This document shows, piece after piece, positions 10,459-19,823 of a stretch of DNA of 64,000 nt. Below the pieces are notes generated by a model. That model was not told the origin of the DNA and did not search any database. It saw nothing but the letters and a program-made list of their open reading frames with translations. The position numbers and the translations under genes are program-made. Source of the stretch: Methanotrichaceae archaeon (GTDB lineage: Archaea > Halobacteriota > Methanosarcinia > Methanotrichales > Methanotrichaceae); assembly GCA_963748825.1 (NCBI GenBank), contig CAVVKN010000022.1:64001-128000 (forward strand), given 5' to 3'. The first letter of the stretch is position 1; each line of letters begins with the position of its first letter.

Positions 10459-13400
10459 GTGAGCAATGGTTGGGATAACCCGAGGGAGAGATATTTGGTG
10501 GCATCTGCGGAGATAATCAAGAAGGGGGACGTGTTTAATAATAGCGGCCTTTTTTCAAATCATTACTTAGAGAATATGATCCAAAAGGTCCCAGAATGGG
10601 ATGATGAAGCTCATCTCCTTGAAACCTTCTCGCGAATAAAAGAAATCTTCGATCGGAAAGGGAAAAATTTCGAAAGGTACGTTGAGGCCGATCTGGAACA
10701 CAATTGGGTCAGGCCGGTTTTTGACAAACTTGGTCACCATTACGGGGTTCAGGAAGGCTTACATCACGATCCCCTGAAACCCGATTATGCCTTCTTTCCC
10801 GATCTTGAGACTCTGGAAGAGGCTTATTCTCACAAGAGGGGCGCAGAAGATTTCTATAAGAAAGCCATTGCGGTTGGAGATGCTAAAGCCTGGAATGTGC
10901 TTTTAGATAAAAGCCGCCAGGGGAAAGCGCATCGAGAGATGACCAATCCTAGCTTTCAAATAGACGTTTATCTCCGAGCTACTCCGCCCAAGTGGGCGAT
11001 TCTCACCAACGGGAGAATGTGGAGGCTTTACCACGAAGACACGAGCGTCAAGATGGACTGTTACTATGAGGTAAATCTTCCAGAGTTGATTAATAGGATC
11101 GAGGAGACCGGCGATATCACGCTTTTCAAGTATTTTTATTTATTCTTCAGGCTTGAAGCCTTCCCCCAAGTCCCGCTCGGTTCATCTTTTCTGGATAGAA
11201 TCCGGGAGGAGAGCGCGGCATACTCCCAGAAGATTGGAACAGATCTGCAAGAGAATGTCTACAAAGCAATGAAGGTCTTGGCTGAAGGCTTTTTTGCAGA
11301 GCAATCAAACTCGTTGTCACATTTGACGGAAGACATAAAAGATGTTCAGAATAACTCCATGCGCCTGCTTTATCGCCTTCTATTCATCTTCTATGCCGAG
11401 AGCAGGAAGCTACTGAACACTGACAACAAACACTACCGGGAAATGAGTCTTCGCAAACTGAAGGAAGAAATCTCAGAAAAGATGGATCAGGGCGAGACTA
11501 TGCTTGCGGTCAGATCCACTTACTGGGAAGGATTAAAGGACCTGTTCCGCCTCATAAACGATGGTAGTGAAGCCTTTGGTTATCCTAAGGAAGAGTTCTA
11601 CATACCGGCATACAATGGCGGGCTCTTCGATCCTACGAAAAATCCGTTTCTCTCAGTGAAGAAGATAGGAAACTCATATCTGGCAGAGGCCATCGATCTC
11701 CTGGCACGTTCCCCCGGCGAGGGGAAAATGGTTTTCGTTGATTATTCGTCCCTGGACATTCGGCACCTGGGATCGATCTATGAAGGCATTCTTGAGTACA
11801 AGTTACACCTGGCTGAGGAGCCGATGGTGGCCATCAAAGAAAAGGGAAAAGAGGTCTGGTCGCTGAAAGGAGAGGCTGCCGGCAAGAAATTCTCAGATAG
11901 CGTTGAGGCGGGCTGCCTGTATTTGGTGACGGATAAGGGCGAAAGAAAGGCCACGGGCTCCTTCTACACACCGGAATATATCGTGAAGCACATGGTGAAA
12001 AACACACTTGCGCCACTGATCGATCCGATGATGGAGGAAGCAATGTGGTCTGAGGACCTGCGCAAGGATCTTCTCAAGAAGCTGCTCTCTCTCAAGGTTC
12101 TCGATCCGGCCATGGGATCAGGTCATTTTCTAGTTGAAGCTACGGATTACATTGCCAGGGAGATTATTCATGCCAAAGAGATAGCCAGACATGAGGATCT
12201 GGAATCTGAAGATATTGCGGAGAACGATATTCATTGGGCGCGGCGTGAGGTGGTCAGAAACTGCATCTACGGCGTGGACCTCAACCCAATGGCCGTGGAG
12301 CTGGCCAAATTATCGTTGTGGCTGACCACAGTTGCCTCTAACAAGCCCCTGAGCTTTTTGGACCACCACCTGAGATGCGGAAACAGCGCTCATCGGGGCG
12401 GAGCTGGATAAGCTCGCCACCTTGCCGGGCGGGCAGGCAGAGCAGACGCCGCTCTGGAGCTTTGGGCTGAAGAGCCACACGAGCGGGCTTCTCAAAAGGT
12501 ACAGCCTCATGGCGGCGCTGCCGGACGACAATTTGCAGATGGTCAAATGGAAGGAGGATCAGTTCCGCCAGATCAAGGAGTCGGAGCTCTCCCGCAGGCT
12601 GAACGAGCTTTCTAATGTCTGGCTGTCCACATTTTTCGGCAACAAAGTGAGTGATGACGATTACTACGAGCTGCAAAACCACCTCAGCCCGGAGAAGTTT
12701 CCGGACTGGGCCGGCCTGCGGGAGCGGGAGTGGTTCACACGGGCGCAGGCGCTGGGGCAGGAGAAGCGGTTCTTCCACTGGGAGCTGGAGTTTCCGGAGG
12801 CGTTTCAGGGGGAGAAACGGGGATTCGATGTGGTGATCGGGAATCCACCGTACGACGAGCTATCCGAAGTGGCTCTGGGACGAAAAATTGATGAGAAGAA
12901 ATATTTCCAAGAATCTCAAATATATCAAATAGCTGCAACCAATAGAATAAATCTATTACCGATTTTTCATAGCTTGCGCTTTAGATAAAATCAAAAAAAG
13001 AAGGTGTTCATGGATTCATTGTACCTATGTCCCTTCTTGGTGATCGTTTTACTTTTGAGCTTAGAAGTAAAATTTTAAATGAGTCGGATTTGCAGCAGGT
13101 TGAGGCTTTTCCACAAAAAGATGATCCCAAAGACAGAGTTTTTTTTGACGCTAAGTTGCCTACCTGTGTATACATTTTAGTGCTGGCAATCCCCGAGAAG
13201 TGCATTTCAAGGTCAGGACACACCCGGGAAAGGATCTCAAAATAGGATCGCCTTCATATCTTGCATCATCACCTGAGATAGTGAAATTTGATCCAATTAA
13301 CTTATACAATACCACTCTGTGATAACCATGAGTGGGATCTTGCCAGCAAATTTGCACTAAGTCCGATTCTGTGTCCTATTGGTGATATTGCTGCTCCAAT

Positions 13401-14394
13401 GTCCGGAGAAGTTATGTTTAACGAAGCATTCAGGCCATATCTAAGCGAAAATCCTGAAAATGCTCTTGTGCTTCGAGGCGGACATGTACAGACGCTATGA
13501 ACTAATTGACGACCCTAAGCAGGGGACACCTATTTTTATTAACAAAGAAAGATGGCTAGCAGAATTGAAGAGAGGGAACTTCGGCTTTTGCTCATTTGAA
13601 GTCGAGAGTTGTCTACCAAGAAAGGGCAGCTCTTGATAACTGGCGTCGCATTATCGCAACTTATCTTCCAGCAGGCAATATTTGTGGACATAAGATATGT
13701 TACTTTATTAATGCAAAGTATAATGAGCTTGCATTTTTGGCCATTTTCAATTAGTAGCGTTGTAGAGTGGAGGTATGGATTGGTTAGTACTACCAATAAT
13801 TTATCTGCCTACCAAATAACTGCAATACCTATTCCAAAGTTCAACTTCTCCACCCCCGCTCCCGAGCGCGCTCGCCTGGGGGCGGAGCTGCAGCAGCTCT
13901 ACGCCGAGGGCAAGCACGCCGAGATCCTGGCCCAGATGGAGGCCTGCCTGCCCAAAGACGAGGCAGGCAACTTCATCGCAGAGCAGGAACGTTCGGATGT
14001 AGTGCACGACCTGCTGGCCTTCCTGGCGGAGAGAATGCTGGAGATGAACAAGCAGAAGCAGCAGGAGATCAAAGGCTTCCTGGGATGGCTGGAAGGCTAC
14101 CTGGGCGCAAAGGTCGATGATCTGACGCCCAAGACCAAACTGCAGAGCTACTACGAACACGATTATGAGAGCTTTTTGGCGGTGCTGAAGAAGAACAGCA
14201 AGAAGCTGCAAGTCGATCCGGCCAGACGGGAGCCGGCGGAGGCGCTGCGGGCCGAGTTCGAGGGATCGCTGGGCAAGCTGATGCCACTGCGGGAGAGGAT
14301 CAGGCAGACGGATGAACTGATCGACGCGGTGGTGTACAAACTGTACGGGCTGACGGAAGAGGAAATAAGAATCGTGGAAGGAAATGCAGCTTGA
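10459..14394 (+). pseudogene. Type IIG (Eco57I-like) restriction-modification enzyme with multiple frameshifts (real or assembly artefact)
   Basis: KPDY...DAK nuclease, ILTNGRMWRLY, YNGGLF, GSFYTP, LDPAMGSGHFL, YGVDLNP, GNPPY; indels at ~12387, ~12955, ~12998 and several more in 13200-13760. Confidence 0.85.
13855..14382 (+). repeat. RM C-terminal module, copy 1 (in frame)
   Basis: GC-rich PAPERARLGAELQQLYA...IDAVVYKLYGLTEEEIRIVEG, repeated at 15144 and 17031. Confidence 0.9.
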
Positions 14395-14429
14395 GAGAGT
14401 ATGCGGATTATCAGAGGAGGAAAGGTGCG

Positions 14430-14873
14430 ATGGATCTGATTTATCTTGATTACAATTGCTTTCAAAGAAGATTCGATGATCCCAGCCAGATAAGGATCCA
14501 GCTTGAAGCTCTGGCCTGCGAAGAGATCTTTCTGAGGGCTGAGATTGAAGAGGTCCAATTAGCGTGGTCCTTCATGCATGAGGATGAGACCTTGCTTTGC
14601 CCCTTCCCGAATAGATTGAACGTTGCCTTCATACTTTCCACTCTTTGCAGGATAAGAATTGGACCTGAAGAGCAAATCTATGAATCCGCCCTGGAATTTC
14701 AGAGAAGATCCAAGATGACCTCAAAGGATGCTATCCACCTCGCATGTGCCCATTTTATCAAAGCCGATTACTTCATAAGTTGCGACAATAGACTTGTAAG
14801 GCAGGCTAAGAAAATAGGATTGAAAATGGCGATCTTGAATCCTGTGGATTACATTAGAATGGAGGATCTATGA
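14430..14873 (+). CDS. PIN-domain (VapC-like) toxin
   Basis: IYLDYNCFQRRFDD, DAIHLACA, ADYFISCD, LNPVD. Confidence 0.85.
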   Translation: MDLIYLDYNCFQRRFDDPSQIRIQLEALACEEIFLRAEIEEVQLAWSFMHEDETLLCPFPNRLNVAFILSTLCRIRIGPEEQIYESALEFQRRSKMTSKDAIHLACAHFIKADYFISCDNRLVRQAKKIGLKMAILNPVDYIRMEDL

Positions 14874-15082
14874 CCGATAGAGCAAGGGCAATGGACGAAG
14901 CAAAGCTTAGAGTTCTTGGAATAGATGCCTTGAATAAGGCTTTAGGTCCCGCCGAAGCGCTTAGATTTCTAGCTCTCTTCCACCGTGAGCCAACTGATTA
15001 CGTTGAGGTCTCTAAAAAGCTTTACGAAAATCAGAGTGTGGAAGAAATCTTCAAGCGGGCCAAAACGCATTGGAGAGGCTGA
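14870..15082 (+). CDS. Putative antitoxin partner of the PIN toxin
   Basis: 70 aa, GIDALNKALGP..ALRFL...DY; ATGA overlap. Confidence 0.7.
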   Translation: MTDRARAMDEAKLRVLGIDALNKALGPAEALRFLALFHREPTDYVEVSKKLYENQSVEEIFKRAKTHWRG

Positions 15083-15143
15083 AATTCAAGATAATTGCTT
15101 TTCCGGAAGACATAGAATTCTCTCTTAAGGTCGACTTCACACG

Positions 15144-15683
15144 CCCGCGCCCGAGCGCACCCGCCTGGGAGCGGAGCTGCAGCAGCTCTACGCCGATGGC
15201 AAGCATGCGGAGATCACAGGCCCCTGGTGGATGTCTGCCTGCCCAAAGACGTGGCTGGCAATTTCATCGCAAGCCAGGAGAAATCGGATGTGGTGCACGT
15301 TCTCCTGGCCTTCCTGGCGGAGAGAATGCTGGAGATGAACAAGCAGAAGCAGACGGAGATCAAAGGCTTCTTGGGCTGGCTGGAAAGCTACGTGGGGGCC
15401 AGAGTGGAGAACCTCACGCCCAAAGACAAAGCTGCAGAGCTACTACGAGCACGATTATGAGAGCTTCCTGGCGGTGCTCAAGAAGAACAGCAAGAAGCTG
15501 GCCATCGATCCGGCACGCCGGGAGCCGGCGGAGCTGCTCCGGGCCGAGTTCGAGGGATCGCTGGGCAAGCTGATGCCACTGCGGGAGAGGATCAGGCAGA
15601 CGGATGAACTGATCGACGCGGTGGTGTACAAACTGTACGGGCTGACTGAGGAAGAGATCAGGATTGTGGAAGGGAAGGCTTGA
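15144..15683 (+). repeat. RM C-terminal module, copy 2 (orphan, frameshifted)
   Basis: Near-identical to 13855-14382; ends VEGKA*. Confidence 0.9.
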
Positions 15684-15853
15684 TATGCGCGTGATGTTAT
15701 CCTGCAATTTCTTGATTCATTATTCCGAGAATTCAGTTGATTGCGATACAGATATATACTCGTGTAGATTAATCAATAAGGCATTAGAGACATTATTGAA
15801 AAATAAAAATCTAAAAAATGTAGGATTGGAATTACTAAGAGGAGGGGCAGAAC

Positions 15854-16555
15854 ATGAGCGTGTTGTCCGATGTCAGGCTATTAGAAAAGATCTACGATAA
15901 AGAACTCAAAATAGAGCCCTTCGTCTTTGACAATATCCAGCCCTCCTCCATTGATCTGACCCTGGATAAACGAATACGAACTCCTAAGAGAGGCATTGAG
16001 CTTAATGCATTTGATGCCGATATCAAGGAATGCTTTGAAGAGAGAATTCTTGATGAGTACACCCTCAAACCAGGAGATTTCATTATCGGCCAGATTAAGG
16101 AGAACATCGGCCTTTCCAAAAGGATGACCGGCCTCATTCAAAATAGGAACAGCCTGATTCGTCTGGGAATTAACGTGGGACTATCGTCTTACATCAATCC
16201 TGGCTATTTTGGTCAATTGCCCATAGTCATCCACAATTTGGGAAGCTTCTCCGTGGATCTGGTTCCTGGGATGAGGATCTGTCAGTTGGTCATATTTGAT
16301 GTCGAACCCGATCCCGAAAGAGATTACAGCCAAAGAAAAGACGCCAAATATCTGGGAGAAAGCGACGTCGGTTTATCTAAATTATACATGGATGTGGAAG
16401 TTGAAGAATACTTAAAAGAGTACAATAAAAAGAGCACCAAAGAGATTGATAAAAAGGAACTCATTGAATTCTTGGAACAAAGAATAAAAGAGAAGGCCAT
16501 AGACACACTGAAAGGTCTGACGGACGAGGAAAAACAAAAGATTGGTCTGCTATAA
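15854..16555 (+). CDS. dCTP deaminase/dUTPase-fold protein with substituted catalytic residues and C-terminal helical extension
   Basis: IQPSSIDLTL, NRNSLIRLG, INPGYFGQLPIVIHN, PGMRICQL, KDAKY; strong GAGGAGGGG RBS. Confidence 0.85.
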   Translation: MSVLSDVRLLEKIYDKELKIEPFVFDNIQPSSIDLTLDKRIRTPKRGIELNAFDADIKECFEERILDEYTLKPGDFIIGQIKENIGLSKRMTGLIQNRNSLIRLGINVGLSSYINPGYFGQLPIVIHNLGSFSVDLVPGMRICQLVIFDVEPDPERDYSQRKDAKYLGESDVGLSKLYMDVEVEEYLKEYNKKSTKEIDKKELIEFLEQRIKEKAIDTLKGLTDEEKQKIGLL

Positions 16556-16556
16556 T

Positions 16557-17000
16557 ATGGAAAAGAACTTCAAAGACTTAATTCAAGAGATCAGGCCGTA
16601 TATCGTCAAGGGCATTCAAGATGCAAAAGTTAGTGAGTACGAGCAGAGCTATAAGAAACGGAATGGGAAAAAGCCGTCTGCAGAAGAGATTAACCAGTTT
16701 ATTTCTATTCTAATCGCGAATGGAACAGTAAAGAGCGATGCAGATGAGATTGTAAATGAATTAATTAATAAATATAGTAAAAAATTATTAGTAAAATTAA
16801 TAATAAATTCATCTATTTCACTGGGTTCTGCCGGATTGTTCCTGGTTTATATCTTAATATATTTAAAAACTGTTTTGGGATTGAATATTGTTAAAGAGGA
16901 TTACCTCATAAGCGCGCCAAATTTCATACTAGCTATAATATTATTTTTTATTGCCATCGCCCTATTTGTCATTTCTGTTTCAAAAAAAGACAAAGACTGA
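16557..17000 (+). CDS. Hypothetical membrane protein: soluble helical N-terminus plus 2 C-terminal TM helices
   Basis: ATG 1 bp after the upstream stop; two hydrophobic stretches; very AT-rich. Confidence 0.75.
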   Translation: MEKNFKDLIQEIRPYIVKGIQDAKVSEYEQSYKKRNGKKPSAEEINQFISILIANGTVKSDADEIVNELINKYSKKLLVKLIINSSISLGSAGLFLVYILIYLKTVLGLNIVKEDYLISAPNFILAIILFFIAIALFVISVSKKDKD

Positions 17001-17030
17001 CTATCGTCTGTCCGCATCTCTGCCGCCAAT

Positions 17031-17211
17031 CCCGCGCCCGAGCGCGCCCGCCTAGGGGCGGAGATGCAGCAGCTCTACGCCGATGGCAAGCATGCGGAGA
17101 TCACAGGCCCCTGGTGGATGTCTGCCTGCCCAAAGACGTGGCTGGCAATTTCATCACCGAGCAGGAACGGTCGGACGTGGTCCACTACCTTCTCGCATTC
17201 CTGGCAGAGAG
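17031..17211 (+). repeat. RM C-terminal module, copy 3 (truncated)
   Basis: CCCGCGCCCGAGCGCGCCCGCC...CTGGCAGAGAG; shares the +2 lesion of copy 2. Confidence 0.9.
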
Positions 17212-17291
17212 GGCTGATAATTGGTGCCTCCTCTGATGTAAGGGCCTACATGGATAAATGGTGATCTGCTAAAGCCGCGGTGCTTCAGCCT

Positions 17292-17531
17292 TCATCCTTC
17301 GGCACTCTTCCCCCCAGCCGGTGTCATTTGATAAGTCATCTCACCCGCAGTCGGATGTCTCGCCACATACCCAACTGAGACCAGCCTTTTCAAAGCTTTC
17401 CGAGCCATTTTAACCTCTAGAAATTTCTTTATAAACGTGTGTTGAGGGACGTGTGCTGATTTACTTCCATCAGTCGCAACGCAAATCTTCGCCAAAGCCA
17501 ACTGCTTATGTTTATATTCAAAGCACCTCAA
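17292..17531 (-). CDS. Small winged-helix-like hypothetical protein
   Basis: ARKALKRLVSVGYV.RHPT...TYQMT pattern; start uncertain. Confidence 0.45.
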   Translation of the reverse strand: MRCFEYKHKQLALAKICVATDGSKSAHVPQHTFIKKFLEVKMARKALKRLVSVGYVARHPTAGEMTYQMTPAGGKSAEG

Positions 17532-17540
17532 TAAGATAGG

Positions 17541-17849
17541 ATGGCAGGTCAGACAGTTGAAGCCGTCCAGGCCCGGCGCGCGATTGGTGGAGATACTGAT
17601 TGGGAGTTATATGAGCTTATAGATGAACGTCCAAGGCTAAGCATTTATGAGCTGGCAAAGCTGAAAGGCTGGACGCATGGCCGGGTCCATAAGGCAGCAA
17701 AACGCTTAGAAAAGAATGGCCTGGTAATAGTGGAACTGGTAGTTGATGGCAGCCGCGTGAAATCATTGGTGAGGCCACTTGAATGGTGGGAAATGATGAC
17801 GCCGGATGAGTTGGAGAAGTTCAAGCAGATGGATATTTCCGTAACTTAG
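17541..17849 (+). CDS. Winged-HTH DNA-binding protein
   Basis: LSIYELAKLKGWTHGRVHKAAKRLEKNGLV. Confidence 0.75.
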   Translation: MAGQTVEAVQARRAIGGDTDWELYELIDERPRLSIYELAKLKGWTHGRVHKAAKRLEKNGLVIVELVVDGSRVKSLVRPLEWWEMMTPDELEKFKQMDISVT

Positions 17850-17884
17850 GGATTTGATAGAAAAGTACCTTTAACCACATCGTT

Positions 17885-18010
17885 TTCGAGACAGAATAAG
17901 GCTGATAAAAGATGGCCAGCTTCCCGACCGGCCACGAGGTGCACCCTGCCCGGCTTGCGAGGCAAGAGAGATCTGCAGGGTGAGGCATAGTCTGGCGTCA
18001 AGATTCTTTT
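17885..18010 (+). repeat. Right direct repeat of island (orphan Cas4-like 3' end)
   Basis: Diverged copy of 10229-10355; first 28 bp identical. Confidence 0.9.
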
Positions 18011-18035
18011 TATGCACGAAGTGCAAACCTATACC

Positions 18036-18043
18036 TTATAAAG
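18036..18043 (+). promoter_or_regulatory. Candidate TATA box of the DRG GTPase gene
   Basis: TTATAAAG about 100 bp upstream of the ATG. Confidence 0.4.
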
Positions 18044-18138
18044 GGGGAGCCTCATTTGCTGCTACGAACCAAGAACATTTTCAAGCTGACGGCAGGGCCT
18101 GCTGTTCTTGGCAGGCCTGCCAATTAAGAGGATAATAA

Positions 18139-19242
18139 ATGGCAACCATCGAGGAACAGATCAAGGCGCTGGAAGAGGAGATCTTTAACACTCAGAAGAA
18201 CAAGGCTACTGAGCACCATCTGGGCAAGATCAAGGCCAAGATAGCGAAGCTAAAGGCGCAGCAAGAGCTTCAGAAGATCAAGGGCGGCGGCGGGGGCAGA
18301 AGATACTACATCAAGAAGTCGGGAGATGCAACTGTGGCCCTGGTGGGCTTTCCATCGGTTGGAAAGTCAAGTCTGCTCAACCACCTGACCGCTTCCAAAT
18401 CAGAGGTTGCCGCATACCAATTTACTACCCTGGAGGTCATTCCGGGGGTCATGAAATACAAAGGCGCTGAGATCCAGATACTTGATATGCCCGGCATCAT
18501 CAAAGGAGCCGCCAAGGGCAAGGGCCGGGGCCGAGAGGTCATAACGGCAGCTCGCGCCGCGGATATAATATTACTATTGGGTGACGTCTTCAACTACAAG
18601 CTGAATATTTTGGAGCGCGAGCTTTACGATGCGGGAATCCGGCTTGACAAACAACCCCCCAATATTCACATCACACAGGATAAAAAGGGCGGCATAATCA
18701 TACGCAGCACTGTGCCGCTCACCCACATGACGGAGTTTGAGGTCGCAGATATCATTCGCGCCTACGGAATTGTCAATGCCAATGTCACTATCCGCGAAGA
18801 CATAGATACCGACAGCCTGGTGGATTTTCTGGCAGGAAACAGGGTTTACATCCCTTCCGTGGTGGCCATAAATAAGTTCGACCTTCGATTCGGAGACGTA
18901 GAGAACAAGATCAAAGAGGAGCTTAACAGGGACTATCTGCCACTTTCTTGCGCCACCACCCAGGGCCTGGAGGAGATGAAGGAACTTATTTACGATCGGC
19001 TTGGCTTCATTCGCGTCTACCTCAAGCCGAAAGGGGGCAAAGCAGACCTGGAAGAGCCGTTGGTCCTCCTGGACGGAAGCAGCGTCAGATCGGTTTGCGA
19101 GCATCTTCATCGCGACTTTGTGAATCTCTTCCGCTATGCTCTGGTCTGGGGCAAGAGCGCCAAGTTCCCCGGTCAATCGGTGGGGCTGGACCATGAGCTC
19201 AGGGACAGCGATATACTCTCCATAATTACCAAGAGAAGGTAG
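18139..19242 (+). CDS. DRG/Obg family GTPase with TGS domain
   Basis: NKATEHH, GFPSVGKS, YQFTT, DMPG, NKFD, WGKSAKFPGQSVG. Confidence 0.95.
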   Translation: MATIEEQIKALEEEIFNTQKNKATEHHLGKIKAKIAKLKAQQELQKIKGGGGGRRYYIKKSGDATVALVGFPSVGKSSLLNHLTASKSEVAAYQFTTLEVIPGVMKYKGAEIQILDMPGIIKGAAKGKGRGREVITAARAADIILLLGDVFNYKLNILERELYDAGIRLDKQPPNIHITQDKKGGIIIRSTVPLTHMTEFEVADIIRAYGIVNANVTIREDIDTDSLVDFLAGNRVYIPSVVAINKFDLRFGDVENKIKEELNRDYLPLSCATTQGLEEMKELIYDRLGFIRVYLKPKGGKADLEEPLVLLDGSSVRSVCEHLHRDFVNLFRYALVWGKSAKFPGQSVGLDHELRDSDILSIITKRR

Positions 19243-19435
19243 GAAAACGAGGAAGAATAAACAGCAAAGTACAAAATGAAGCCTCAGGAGAAATAACATT
19301 TTGCTCTAACCGTTAAGTATATAAGCTGAGCGGTTCTTTACGTGATGCTGGACTCGTCGATTCAAATAGATTTGTTGAGATGTTTCCAGGAGCAGTTTCG
19401 ATTCTTTGAATCGATTCAAAAGGTAAGTGGATTAA

Positions 19436-19633
19436 ATGTTTGAGAGAAAATATGAAAACAGCGGTAGCAGCAGAAGTGGCTACAATAGCGGTCCTAGAGA
19501 AATGACAGATGTTACTTGTTCTGAATGCGGTAAACAAACACAGGTGCCCTTCAAGCCGGATGGGTCCAGGCCGGTATACTGCAGCGAATGCTACCAGAAG
19601 CATAGACCTGCCCGATCGCCCGGTAGATACTAA
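19436..19633 (+). CDS. CxxC-x17-CxxC zinc-finger protein
   Basis: REMTDVTCSECGKQTQVPFKPDGSRPVYCSECY. Confidence 0.9.
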   Translation: MFERKYENSGSSRSGYNSGPREMTDVTCSECGKQTQVPFKPDGSRPVYCSECYQKHRPARSPGRY

Positions 19634-19823
19634 ACCTTCAATATTTCTTAATGATCTATTTATAAGAGGGCAGCATCCGTCGATAGCCGGAACCTTGAAC
19701 GAAGGCAAAATGCTTCACGCCCTCGCGATTTTTTGCTCTGATGGACGAAATAATGAATGTTGAACGGGTTATAAATAATGATAATCGAGATAAATTTGAA
19801 ATCTGGTGTGGGGTAGAATCGAA

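Larger units (their letters stand above)
10357..18010. mobile_element. Direct-repeat-bounded defence island (type IIG RM, PIN toxin-antitoxin, Dcd-like plus TM pair, HTH genes); no integrase seen
   Basis: Bounded by ~125-bp diverged direct repeats; defence-type cargo; patchy GC content. Confidence 0.75.

Noticed and set aside
15070-15573. 167-aa ORF
   Set aside because: Out-of-frame reading of RM tail copy 2; not an independent gene.
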